A stretch of 64,000 bases of DNA from Octopus sinensis. Lineage: Eukaryota. The notes under the pieces were generated by a model. It did not search any database. It was given only the letters and a program-made list of their open reading frames with translations, and had not been told where the DNA came from. Each line of letters begins with the position of its first letter. The first letter of the stretch is position 1. The DNA lies in assembly GCF_006345805.1 (NCBI RefSeq), contig NC_043011.1, forward strand, positions 58,788,464 to 58,852,463, read 5' to 3'. Below are positions 42,610-55,688 of this stretch, in pieces. The translations under genes and the position numbers were made by a program.

Positions 42610-42859
42610 AAAATTATAGATTACGGTATCTACGAGATACCACCATGCTGAAAGTAGCAGCCATGGTCTGACTCTTAAACCACCTTAATTATCCATACAA
42701 AGAGACAAGATGAAACTTGTAAAAAATTACTAGTTTCACCTTGTCTCTTTGCTTTCTCTCCGTGTTGATATATGGACAATTAAGGTGGGTTTTAGAGTCA
42801 GATCATGGCTGGTATTTTCAGCATGTTGGCATCTCGTAGATACCCTAATTTATAATTTT
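42610..42859. repeat. nested fold-back element (~85 bp outer arms, ~24 bp inner arms)
   Basis: ggtatctacgagatacc...ccaccttaattatccata versus tatggacaattaaggtgg...atctcgtagatacc. Confidence 0.85.
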
Positions 42860-42861
42860 AC

Positions 42862-42921
<60 letters not shown>

Positions 42922-43338
42922 TACAACATCAAATTGCGATAAAATAAAACTAATTATAATCGCTGGTATTACTAACACAAGCCATATATTTGTCATATAT
43001 CAGTACATTAAGGCGAATAATGTGCTAGGAATACAGAAGCTTGATAAATTAAGTGAAATGAAGATAAAAACATTTACTAAACCGTAATTCTCAGACTGCA
43101 GTTTCTTTCTTTTCAGCAATAAAGATAATTTAATTGCCCAGGGAGAATTCTTCAGTGAGACCCTGTTTTTCTGGGATCCTAACTCACTAGAAGCATGTGC
43201 GTCTAATGATTTACTCTTCCTAACTAATCATATCACTGCGCAGACTCCGAACGTCCCGACAACACTAGGGAATTCTGGTATATCGCCTGGCGCTCATAAT
43301 TTATCGAGAAATATGTAAACAAATCAAATTGCGATAAA

Positions 43339-43386
<48 letters not shown>

Positions 43387-44388
43387 GTATATATTTCGTG
43401 TGGCGTTTTTTTGTTTTGTTTTTGCAATGGATGACCATGTATGTCTTTGAGACATGTCTATTTTACAGCTTAGCTAACATCCTGCTATCAGTTTGGTCAA
43501 CTTTGTTCATTCCCCTTTATTTTTTCTTATTTTCTTTTTTATGGTTATACAAGTATTTTTCCTTCTTCTTTCTCTCTCTCACTTTCATTACCTCTCTCTC
43601 TCTCAATCTCTCATTTTGGACTCTTTAGGTTTTGAGAGAGGCTATTTTATGTGACATATGAGGATGTTGATTATTTGCATGGTGAATACGAGGAGTTACT
43701 GAGCATTTCCTGGTTTTTCCTAATAGAAAATGGAAGCAGATCAGTTAATTATGATTTTATTTAACATATAGTCCTCTCAGATTCACACACTTATTAAAGC
43801 TTTTCTTCAGTTTTTCTACGCTGAGTAAAAGACTTTGAAGTTTGGGGTACCAACCAGGCCTTTGGCGATACACTGAAAGTCAGGAACGTTTCAGTACCAC
43901 TTGTATATTTGGTGATATAAGACCAATTATATTTGGTACGAAACACTAATGAAGTGTATACATGATATGCATAATATTCCTCATAATGTTATTATAACTT
44001 GGCGTCCTGTGGAAAGATGCGTATGTTATATAACATAATACGACATACATACAATGAAAGAAAATATCAATATAGTTACGCGTGAGTTAAATATTTTAGA
44101 TGAGCCAATAGATTTTAATTTTAAATTTAGAGTTCATACACATAAATGTAAACAAATGCAAAGAAGCACATGTGAACGGCCAAATTTACATAACCGTGCT
44201 AGCGTTAGCATTGTATCTAATTAATTATCTAATAATTATCAAGAACATGTCGAGTGTTGGATGTTCTACAATTTTTAACGGAGTTATATGTACAGTATTT
44301 TAATTATGAGCTTCTCTGTGAAATGTAAACAAATGTAATCACCTGTTCTGTCTAATTCTCATCGGTGTTCATTCACTGGCAGCTTGTC

Positions 44389-44426
44389 TAATTAATTAAT
44401 TAATTAATTAATTAATTAGTTAATTA
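44389..44426. repeat. (TAAT)n tetranucleotide run
   Basis: Direct reading. Confidence 0.85.
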
Positions 44427-45230
44427 TTCACAAATATGCGTTTATTAGATAATTTCACAGTTTTAATGTATGTATATCAATGATTTTTAAACCATAAGCC
44501 GCGTTCCATGATATAAATAAATATGATATAATTATCTTACATTTTCTTAGAGAGAAAAAATATTAAGATTGTTGTTTGGTATCAAATGCATTATTAATTT
44601 ATTATTTAATTAACTTTCTGCTAACAAATAAGCTTTTATGGAAATTCAGATTAAGATTGTATTTCATAAAAGAAGCTTATAACTATTTATATAGGCAACT
44701 TGGTTATTGTTTACAGTCGAGTCCCAAAATAGAGACGATACTCAGAAGAATTCAAGCATGTGTTTAGCCACATAGTGATATAGGTTTCTGTAGATATTTT
44801 CTTATAACTCGTTATGAGGATTCTAATTTAGAATTATGTGTATGGCTTCAATAGCTATCTTTAAATTTTAGTTTATCCAATATCCATTTCATTAAGCAAA
44901 TGTCGCTTGAAGAAGAAGTACATATAAGCAGAGAAAGCAGTAGAAACAACGAATTTAATGTTTTCTGCCATTGTTTCTTTTTTTTATTAGATCTAATCAC
45001 GAACCATTACATACACAAAACACATTAAGCGGATTGGTAGCTCCAATTACATGTAGCTTCTTGAATTTCCAGTGTATAAAGTGATTGGCTGTTTATTTCT
45101 CTGGGACTGATCCAATTGGTGGAGACACATCTAAGGAGACCCCAATAAGATTCGAATATCTACTACGGCTGATCATCGTTTTTGCAATCTAAGGAGACAT
45201 GACTAAATTAACACCTGTTTATATATTTAC

Positions 45231-45274
<44 letters not shown>

Positions 45275-45640
45275 ATGAAATGGATAAGTGAGTTATCTTG
45301 TTACGGATTATTCAAAATTTAACCGATACCTGTGTAGCAAAAATCACACCAGAAAAGACACGGTTGAGGTTACGACCATGGGGTTTCGCCCCCGTGCTTT
45401 AGCGCGGATAATTGAAGTTTTATATATTTAGTGAAGGGAAGAAATGGAGCCGAACGAAGATTCTACAAAATTCCTTTTTATTATTTTCTACACATGTTTC
45501 AAAGGCTGCAAATTCACAAATTCGGATTGAATAAGGAGACCATTCTGCAGCTTTCTCTTCAGGAAAATTCAGGAATTTAAAATCTCAAAACAAATGCGCA
45601 GCAAGCTTTTCGAACAAAACGCTCCCTAGGAGCCCATGGT
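45275..45640 (-). mobile_element. Penelope-like terminus, family P3, hammerhead-like motif at 45484-45567
   Basis: Homologous to 50280-50480; minus strand CTGAAGA GAAAGCTGCA...TGCAGCCTTT GAAA CATG TG TAGAAAA. Confidence 0.55.
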
Positions 45641-45689
45641 AAAAAATATATATATATCACCATGATAGATCGTTGGCCACTATATACAT

Positions 45690-45853
45690 TTTTTCTTTCC
45701 TTTTTTCTATCCTTGTTTCTTTCTGTGTCCCTTTCTGTAGAAGAGCGTAGGCTCGAAACGTAAAATACTTTTTCTATTCCTGAGCGTTATACTAATACAT
45801 CTGTTTGTTTTGTACACCACCTGTCTTCGTCTTTTGTTTATTTCGTAAACTCT

Positions 45854-45857
<4 letters not shown>
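45690..45857 (+). mobile_element. Penelope-like terminus, family P1
   Basis: Best-preserved P1 copy; ends ...aactctccc(TA)n. Confidence 0.7.
45731..45766 (+). ncRNA. minimal hammerhead-like motif with CUGUAGA core
   Basis: cTTT CTGTAGA A GAGC gtag GCTC GAAA CG TA AAAt. Confidence 0.45.
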
Positions 45858-45940
<83 letters not shown>

Positions 45941-46049
45941 GTATATATATATATAATTGCATGTATACATACAAACATATATGTATGTATCAAAAGGAAT
46001 CTAACGTCCTTTCCGACCAATAAACTCATAATGTCGATTTCTGTAGATT

Positions 46050-46230
46050 TTGTCTCCCCCTCCGCTGCATTGGACCCCAGTGAATTACAGGATTATTTGT
46101 GTTTACGGTCTGTTTTGACTGTGGAATGAAGTGTTTCGTTGAAAACACAAAGCATAACCAAATCTAGGAATCGAAACCACAATCTTACCATTATGAGTGT
46201 ATCACCCTAAATTTTGAACCACACGCCCCC
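46050..46230 (-). mobile_element. SINE family C, diverged
   Basis: Minus-strand head ggcgtgtggttc...gattgtggtttcgattcc. Confidence 0.55.
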
Positions 46231-46233
46231 ACA

Positions 46234-46437
46234 TATGCATATCCATTATGTCTTAAATATCTACATATAGAATACATACATATATCTGAATATGTATAGG
46301 TGTGTGAGTATAAACACGGGCACTCACACACACACATCTATCTGAATATGTATAGGTGTGTGAGTATACACACGGGCACTCACACACACATCTATGTATG
46401 TATCTCTTTCTCTCTTCTCGCCCTCTCTATCTAACTG

Positions 46438-46474
<37 letters not shown>

Positions 46475-46578
46475 ATAGATAAATAGATAGCTATATGTAT
46501 ATATATATATATATATATACACCATTTTAGAATCTTATGCTCGAGGTACCGTCTCTTATGATCATTATATACTTAAAA
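46234..46578 (+). repeat. dispersed paralogous block, copy 2 (contains internal ~50 bp duplication)
   Basis: See 40486-40827. Confidence 0.85.
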
Positions 46579-47559
46579 GTGGATTAATTAGTTCATATTT
46601 TATTGAACATTTACCACTAATTTAAGATCACTAGATGTCTACTGATAGACAAGCTGTCTTAATTGATTTGAGATAGGAAACGACTCGTGTCAAGCAAAAT
46701 CGAGAAAACATTTCATTGGTACTCAAATATTATCTGAGATGTTATTCTACTCTAGTCTATCTCCGTAAGAACGTATCAACATTAAGATTGTAGACGTCTT
46801 TGACATCACGCTCATATTAATATACCCCGTTAAAATCTATTTGAAATAGACTGTAGATTTGTAATCTATGAAATTATGAAATTTGATATCTCATTTTAAT
46901 GAGTGAACGGTTAATTTGTATTAGGCTCTTAAACAAAATTTAGCACAATATGTTCTTTTTCTTTGTATATAATTTTTTTGGATATTTCTGTAAATGGACT
47001 AAAATGCTATAATTCTTTTCCGTGGAGTTTTGCAATATCCTGCTTCAATCTCCGTTAGAATAAAGGAAATGGTTAGCGCCAACATAACGGAGATGAAAGC
47101 TTTGTTTCTGTGGAGTAACATTTGACTAAATAATGAAAATCAGAAAGGAAAAAATACATTCCTGTACACAATAAGTTTCCACCATAATTGATGAGTAAAT
47201 TTTTGTAGTATTTCTAGAAAAGATATTAATGAAACAATTATATAGAGCAGATGTGGTCATTGAATTCAGCTACTGACAACGTCAGAACTAACCAAGTGGT
47301 TGATGGCAGCAGAGAAACGAAAGAAGTATGTTGTTTAAACTTTTTCGAATATAAACTTGTTTATAAATAATTCATACATTTAAATGAGAAAGCGGTCGAT
47401 TTTGATTTTGTCGGGAAAATCGAAATCAGCATCGCCAACTAACGGAGTGGTCATATCCACAGTACAACACTGTGAAATGCCTGATTATAAACCGCTCTGA
47501 TCAACATACAATTCGGTGGACTGGATCGATAATAAGTTACGCTTCTGCAACGTGTAAAA

Positions 47560-47952
47560 TAGAAATTAAGACATGGCTAGTCATGACAAGAACGTCCATA
47601 GAAAAGTGTAATAACGTTCTGAGCTGTAAAAGTCCCAGCTAAAATTGAAAGACAGAATAGTACGAGTACATATTTGGCCAAGAAGCAATTATAGTTATGA
47701 AGCATGGTCAAAATTGAGGAGAATATTCAGAAAGAAAAAGCTCATCTATTAGGGCCATATTCCAAAAAGAAAAAGAAGTGTAGAAAACGTTATCATGGAA
47801 TGAAGGAGATTAGTTAGTTGTTCAAAAGGGATGCGACGGACACAAATCATGCACAATATCCTGAAGAGGTCGAGTTTAATCGGCAAGACTTTCAATGTTG
47901 TGTCACGGATGCACAGCAGGCATACGTACATGTTAAGGATGATGATGATGAT
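47560..47952 (+). mobile_element. decayed RTE-like LINE 3' end with (GAT)n tail
   Basis: ENVIME...SKGMRRTQIMHNILK resembles the RTE ...EG.R.RGR.R..WMD.IK motif; tail gatgatgatgatgatg. Confidence 0.4.
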
Positions 47953-48049
47953 GGGCAACGGTCTGAATATCAGTTGGGTACTGTATCGAAACAGACATAG
48001 ATTCTCCCTCTAACCATAAGCAATAAATGTTTTGGCGCGGTGAACTGAC

Positions 48050-48205
48050 AGCATCGTTAGCCCGTCGGATAAGATGTATAGCGGTATTTCATCCGGGTCT
48101 TTACGTCTTGGTCGCCATTTTTATTTATCCGTTTAGGGGGGATAATGTCATGTACAAAGTATTTGGGATGATGTAATCGACTTGTTACCCGGCCTCGAAA
48201 TTCAT
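48050..48205 (+). mobile_element. SINE family B-like, very diverged
   Basis: ggtgaactgacagcatcgttagcccgtcggataag...tagcggtatttcatc. Confidence 0.45.
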
Positions 48206-48290
48206 GCCCTTCAACACTACAAGTACACACACACACACACATACACACACATACACATACACAGACAAACACACGTACACACTCAGTTAA

Positions 48291-48395
48291 GGTCCCAACG
48301 CGCAACACGCTGACAAGTATCTCCTACTAACACCCGAGGCCAATCAATACCCTCTATGTCAATTTGGTAGTTGGAAACTATGTGCAGTGGGGACG
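48291..48395 (+). mobile_element. old SINE family A-related fragment
   Basis: ggtcccaacgcgc...atttggtagttggaaactatgtg; inverted partner at 50060-50160. Confidence 0.6.
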
Positions 48396-48871
48396 CTGTG
48401 ATCGCGCTATTGCAAAAAAGAAGGAAAATGGTTAAGCAGCGTTATGAATCTTAAGGCCAAGAAAAATAAACAACAAGTGTTTTGGACAATAATGCATTTT
48501 GATAAAAACTGTTACACAATATTATGCGATAGCCTTTGAAACAAGGAAGGATGTAATAAGTATATTAATTTTCAACGGAGCTACTTGGAAAACAAATTAA
48601 GCTACAGGGAAGCTGAGTCTATGATCTGTTTTAAAATCTTAGTGGCAGCTGATGAATTTCGCTTTGATTGGCAATACTCCTGAGAAACATACGCAAGAGA
48701 AATTAAAATTCCGTCAATTTTAAAAAGTATGGACTTACGTCAAAGAGAGAATTCATTATTTTCCTATGTCTTTGATGTGACAAAAAAATATATTTGAGAT
48801 AAAACCTTTTGTTTCCACCATTGATACCATTTTAAAATTATGTCTGTTAGCAGAACGCTTATATGGCAATG

Positions 48872-48921
<50 letters not shown>

Positions 48922-50059
48922 CATATGCTACATACACACACACACATATGTAAAAATATATAAATGCTCGCGTTCTGAGATTTCTGTTTCCTGTTTGCAT
49001 CCCAAACTCATGTGGTGTTTGTGCGCGTACGTGTGTAGGTGTGTGTGTGTGTGTGTGCGTGTGTATGCACCAGGGACGAGCTTGGCTGTATTTGAAGCTT
49101 GGTTATATTTACTTTAGTAACAGGAAAAAGAAACAATAAACTAGCGACATAAAAATTACAATTCGATATAGATGTCAACACAAATACATCTTCACGTTGA
49201 GAGAGTCTGATCGCTGCATGAATAAAAAGAAAACAAGCAAAATATACCAGATACATCCATATATATATATATATATAATATGCATAATGAAAGAGACAGA
49301 AAAAAAGAAGGAATTCTGAGACGTGACAACAAAATTAATGAAGATACTAATAATCTGTTTGTTAGATGCGACTCACTGCGAAAGAATGAGACAGAGAGAG
49401 AAGGGGGAAGAAAATCAGAAAATTCGTGTAAAATTTTCCATATTTTAGTGAATTTGTTTGCAAATGTTCGAAACGATTTGTGCGGAATTCCTTTGGTTCT
49501 TTTTTCAGCATGGAATTTTGTTAGAGAAAAGGTCTCGGTCTGAAGGCGACGAAAATATTTTGACAAATTAAATTAAAATGATGAAGTGAATCTAACGATT
49601 TCTGGTTGCTTTTAAAGGATTTATAAACACCTCCCACACTGCAATAGTTTTTTCATTCATATTTACGTATATTCATGAATATACCTTGTCGATGAATTAG
49701 AAAAGTTCATCGACAGGGTAGATCCCTTATGTTTTACCTTTAACTTGTTTCGTCACCAGAATGCGACTCTGCTTGGACACCTACATGAAGGATTTAATTG
49801 GAAAACTCCGTTCATATTCTATCGGTATCCGTGGCCTAATCTCTAATACACCGGAACGTAAACGAAGTGATACCGGTTATCAATAGGTAGATGGACAAAC
49901 ATAAAAAACAAAGGCACACAAGCTTACATAGATATATAGATGCACACATACACACTGACATGTATACATACGCACACACACACGCACACATATATATGAG
50001 TGAGTGTGTGTACGTGTGTGTGTGTGTGTGTGTATGTGTATGTATGTGCATGTGTGGCG

Positions 50060-50160
50060 GACTGCACATATTTTCCAACTACCAAATTGACTTAGAGGGG
50101 ATTGCTTGATCTCGGGTGTTAGTAGAAGATACATGGCAACATGTTGCGCGTTGGGACCAG
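50060..50160 (-). mobile_element. old SINE family A-related fragment
   Basis: Reverse-complement match to 48291-48385. Confidence 0.6.
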
Positions 50161-50204
50161 AACTCTGTATGTGTGTCTGTGTGTGTACAGAGAGAGAGAG
50201 AAAG

Positions 50205-50240
<36 letters not shown>

Positions 50241-50279
50241 ATTATATATATATATATATATATATTTAAGTAGTTGAAT

Positions 50280-50544
50280 GAATTAACCTAGTATGTATAA
50301 TTCGGTTAACCGATACCCGGGTAGCAAATTTACGTCAGAAAGCACGGTTGAAGCTACATGCCAAGGGCAGAAATCACGTGCTTTCGTGTGGAAATTTGTG
50401 TGTTTTTTTACTATAGATAAATGAAAGAATGGAGTCGAACGACGATTTAACAAAATTCCTTTATTCTCGACATATGTTTCGAAACATATGTCGAGAATAA
50501 AGGAATTTTGTTAAATCATCGTTCGACTCCATTCTTTCATTTAT
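50280..50544. mobile_element. Penelope-like terminus P3 ending in a 128-bp spacerless palindrome (50417-50544)
   Basis: 64-bp arms, one mismatch, centre TTTC|GAAA. Confidence 0.85.
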
Positions 50545-50899
50545 ATATATATATATATATATATAATTTTTAGGGTAGAATTATACTTAGGGGCACATAA
50601 GCTGCTATGCCTATATACTGAAAGAACAGACCGAATAGATCCTACCACTTCAAGTCTGCGACCTGTGGAATGCGTCGAATACGTAATTTGCGTAATGTGT
50701 TTAAAGTCTGGAGAAATATGTTGGGGTTGAATATGTGGGAATTGTTCCCCTGACGATTCGCTAAATATAGTAGTGAGGACAGGTGCATATTTTATTACGT
50801 GAAATACTGTAGACAAGGTTGAATGTTGCTTTATCGCTCTGAGGATGTATTTAACCCCTTCTAGAGTGTTGTTATTTCTTTAAGATTGTTCTAAGTTTT

Positions 50900-50992
50900 G
50901 TGGTAGGTATTTCATCGTCCCCTGTACTCAACTGCTACCTAGTTTATCGACCCCGAAAGGACGAAAGGCAAAGTCGATCCTACCGAAATTTC
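50900..50992 (-). mobile_element. SINE family B core fragment
   Basis: tttatcgaccccgaaaggacgaaaggcaaagtcga. Confidence 0.75.
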
Positions 50993-52433
50993 TTCAATTA
51001 CAAAGACCAAAAAATTACCAATGATTGTTGCTCCGCATGTACAGATACGAAACCGGATACCCTTTTTCGAAAGCTAAAACCGTGCGAATTGCTGTTTTGC
51101 AGTAATGATATAGGTGTAAGTGGGATCATTTAAAAACAGTAATTGCCAATTAAAGGATACGTAGACACCGGGATGAGAATTCAAAGCTCATTTGGATGAA
51201 AAAGTGTAAAGTATTATATGACGTCTTTTGCTGAGGCAAAATGTGTCACTCACGGTAAGACAAAACTGTGTTCACCAGTACAGTCATTATATTTCCACTA
51301 GTGCCCGTGAATAAGAGAATGTCCCTTTTTATATGCAAATGAAAGGTCACCCTAAGCATATAAAACGGAAGTTTTGCTGTTATAATAGTTGATGTAACAT
51401 CTGTTTTTGTTTGTAGAATTTTCGCTCCTGATTTGTGCATGGATCACAAGTGTAGAATATGATGAGTAACGATTCGAACCTATATCCAATTGTGCCTCCA
51501 GCGACAAATAACGTAATGGAAATATGGCGCCTCTCACAAACAGGTTGAGCGAAAATGTGGAGGATATTTTGCTCTTACGAATTTTGTTAGCTTTTATTTC
51601 TTTGCATTTTATGTTCATTTTTACACTATAGATTCTAATGGTTTGTATCGGCTTTGTTGGATATTGCATCGATAATCTCAGTTGCGGATGTGATGGTAGT
51701 AGCGGTGGTGGAGGTGTGTTTAATAATATATTCCAGGATTTCTTGAAACTTAAGTATAAAGTTATATGAAAAAGAAAAGTTGTTCTTTCTATCAATTTCA
51801 GCTGTGAATATTTCAAATCTAAAGAAAAATCAAACCATCACTGATTAGGTCATTGTCTTCGAAGTTCTCGACAAAAGCCAGCGCCTGAAGGCATACTGGA
51901 ACTTCCTTAATTTATCAGTTGCGATTCCAGGTTATTTTTCTTGCTAAGTGCACGTGCATGGGAAAACATTAAACCAGAGACATAGAAAATTGAAAAATAA
52001 AACAATATCGTGGTTTGTTAGAGAGGCGGAGATGAGAGGAGAAATTAGAAGAAAAAGCTTTGCCAAAATGACGAATTCCTTCGGATTATTGATTGGAAAG
52101 GACGGGCGGTATTTTTATTAGACATCTAGAATCTATCATATAAAAGTTATTTTGCAATAATTTGAAAATGTATCTAAATATAGAAAGATGTCTAACTTCG
52201 TTACTACAATAAAGCTAAAATTAAAGAAACGAAATAAATTTATGAAATCAAAGATTGCTACCTTCTGCGACCATAGCAGCGTCAATATATGAAAATGAAA
52301 ATAAAAAAAATAATAACTGACATTATCTGTATATATATACAAAAATACATACATACATATATATATATATGGGGGGTGTACATATGTGTGTGTTTGTATA
52401 CATATGTATGTATATGGATAAATACATACACAC

Positions 52434-52498
<65 letters not shown>

Positions 52499-52936
52499 TA
52501 GACAGACAGATAGATAGATAGATAGATAGATACATACATACATACATACATAGATTGATAGATAGATGGATAGATGGATATCGTAAAGGGCTAAAATTTA
52601 TTTTAATTCATATTCAAATGGTTATCTAATGCTGATGATACGAAATAAGGACGAATCAGTACCATACACATCTCTCTATATTTTGCGTGTAGTTCATCGA
52701 TACCAGATTCAAAATTTCTGTCTGACAAGAGTAATGTAAGTCTTACGATCCTTCGTACTACAGGAATATCCTCCAGCTCCCAGCAGGCAAAACGCGCAAT
52801 TATACTCAAGTGTACCCATGCGCACACACGCACACACTCACACCTACACAAACATACATGCGGGAGGCGTGTGTATGTTCCTTGATCATAGCTCAAGTGA
52901 AGATATACGACATATATGTAATAAATATACATATAG

Positions 52937-52979
<43 letters not shown>

Positions 52980-52981
<2 letters not shown>

Positions 52982-53350
52982 CGCAGGAGTGGCTGTGTGG
53001 TAAGTACCTTGCTAACCAACCACACGGTTGCGGGTTCAGTCCCACTGCGTGGCATCTTGGGCAACTGTCTTCTGCTATAGCCCCGGGCCGACCAATGCCT
53101 TGTGAGTGGATTTGGTAGACGGAAACTGAAAGAAGCCTGTCGTATATATGTATATATATGTATATGTGTGTTTGTGTGTCTGTGTTTGTCCCCCTAGCAT
53201 TGCTTGACAACCGATGCTGGTGTGTTTACGTCCCCGTCACTTAGCGGTTCGGCAAAAAGAGACCGATAGAATAAGTACTAAAAAAGGTGCTGCTCCAGCA
53301 TGGCCGCAGTCAGATGACTGAAACAAGTAAAAGAGTAAAGAGAGAAAGTA
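52980..53350 (+). mobile_element. SINE family A with ~40 bp internal deletion near the tail
   Basis: Near-identical to 33453-33880; segment between aagtact and aaaggcggtgct is missing. Confidence 0.92.
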
Positions 53351-53481
53351 TATATATATATATATATACTATATATATATATATATATAATATATATATA
53401 TATAAATCTATATGTGTAAGTGTATATATATATGTATGTATGTACACATATATATAGCATATATATATATATATATATATG

Positions 53482-53544
<63 letters not shown>

Positions 53545-53950
53545 AATCTATATGTGTAAGTGTATATATATATATGTATGTATGTACACATATATATATA
53601 TTGCACATACATATACGTAATTATGCCTGCATGTAGGTATGTTCTTTCGTCTATGATATTTTTACAATGTACTCGCAGGTGCCAAACTGCCGTCATCGAT
53701 AAATAAATTGATATATAATGAACACGGAGGAGATAGAGAAATAAGAAAGAAAACAGATAGCGTCAGTGCGTCCATGATCATTAACATTCGAAAGCTATAT
53801 TGGAAGACGCTGCAGCCTGAGAATCCTGTTGTCTGGAAATCAGTATTTTAAATGATCAATATTACATTGAAAATGTTGCTGTTGTTTTCTGCTTTCTACA
53901 GCTTCTTTGAACATCACTTGGCTGCCTGTTCAACTTATTTGTCTGCTAAT

Positions 53951-54000
<50 letters not shown>

Positions 54001-54532
54001 ATATACACACAGGACGGTGAAAGTGTAGTTCCCATGCCGATAAGGGAATTGATTGTTTATATTCTTTTATAGAAATTCATGTCCACTAAATTATATATAA
54101 TTTACCTGTTAAATATTTGTTTTATCCAAAATGTCACAAATATCTTTGAATACATTCCTAAAGGTAACTAATATTTGTTCTGTTTATGTTCTAATTTTAG
54201 TGACATCTATAGTTTCCAGTCAACAACATAACATGGAACATCCCATTCCCGAAATAATTAAAAAAGAAAACTGACCAAGTATATTTGAAATGACTTTTTC
54301 CATTTGCGTTGTGTGATCGTCTAACGTGCTATTTAAATTCCTTTTAAAAGAATTATGCAAATATTTTCATTTTAACACCAGCAAGTGTATTGGCTACGAA
54401 GTATTCATCCAATCGAATGGAGCGGAAGTAGCTCTGTCCGCGGATGAAAGCCTATATATATATATATATCTGTTTCGATTTCTTTTAGATTGTGGACATT
54501 GGTTTTGTCTCTCAAATCGGTTTATATATACA

Positions 54533-54611
<79 letters not shown>

Positions 54612-54654
54612 TACACACATGTATATATATATGAAAGATCGTTAGCCACTACAC

Positions 54655-54818
54655 ACATTTTTTCTCTCCTTGTTTTTTCTGTGTCTCTTTCTTTCTGCAG
54701 AAGAGCGTAGGCCTGAAACGTAAAATACTTTTACTATTCCTGAGCGTTATACTAATACATCTGTTTGTTTTGTACACCACCTGTCTTCCTCTATTGTTTT
54801 TTTTTCGTAATCTCTCCC
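54655..54818 (+). mobile_element. Penelope-like terminus P1 (hammerhead-like motif 54691-54726)
   Basis: cTTT CTGCAGA A GAGC gtag GCCT GAAA CG TA AAA; body matches 45690-45857. Confidence 0.65.
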
Positions 54819-55604
54819 TACATATATATATATATATATATATATATGAGAATCATGGATAAGCTTATCAAATATTATTCTTTAGAATAATGGCTCTTGA
54901 ATGTATATTCTGATTTAGGGATTATTATTCACAAATTTGCGCACGGACACAGGTATGATAAGGTGTGTGAGCATGCACATTTATTTCCGTGACAACTTCT
55001 TTCATGTAGCAGAAAGAGCCAAGATAGTTTCGAAAATTAGAGGTGATTAATATTCCAGTATTTCAAGCTAACCAATGATGTATTGATGATACGAGTTAAA
55101 TACTAGGTATATAAAAGGTATCATTGTTCAATTTCAAAGCTGATAAACAGCGTGTGTTGTAAACTTTCGGGCTTTTGTTTCTCTTACATCCGATAGAGTT
55201 CACCAGGTAAAAGGTGTCCTATGAAGGCATTGGATAGCATTTCCGTTCTTTTGTTTGAGTTATCGGTTAACTGCGTCATGCATTGGGAGAGTTTCTAAAA
55301 TCCAAATATGGTCATATGTGTTCCGATTCTGTAGCATGCCGTGTGTTTAAAACGTGTACAGTTTATTATAAACGACCCTATGATCACTTTCGCCAAGGTA
55401 CACAACACCCATCTACAGATAAAAAAATGTTCTTTTTATGTAATTCCGGGTATTATGTTTAAAAGGAATCTAAATTATCTAATTTTAATTAGCACCTATT
55501 TTTTGTGTATATTTATTTTACCATACGTATTTGTGTCTCATTGTTTTGCATTGCCTTCTTGTTGTTTATTATTGGTAAACATAGCAGCCATATTATATAT
55601 ATGT

Positions 55605-55607
55605 ATG

Positions 55608-55639
<32 letters not shown>

Positions 55640-55688
55640 TGTATGTATGTATGTATGTATGTATGTATGTATGTGTGTATGTATGTAT
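55605..55688. repeat. (ATGT)n tetranucleotide microsatellite
   Basis: Direct reading. Confidence 0.95.

Noticed and set aside
51400-51700. Candidate exon MMSNDSNLYPIVPPATNNVMEIWRLSQT with CAG|GTTGAG donor
   Set aside because: The next in-phase acceptor stops quickly; no homology recognised.
52640-53955. Short open exon-like segments: DRNFESGIDELHAKYREMCM (minus, ~52650-52725), [10 protein letters not shown]...VWKSVF (plus, ~53680-53850), and a 52-nt segment near 53900
   Set aside because: Plausible splice sites but inconsistent strands and phases, and no known protein match.
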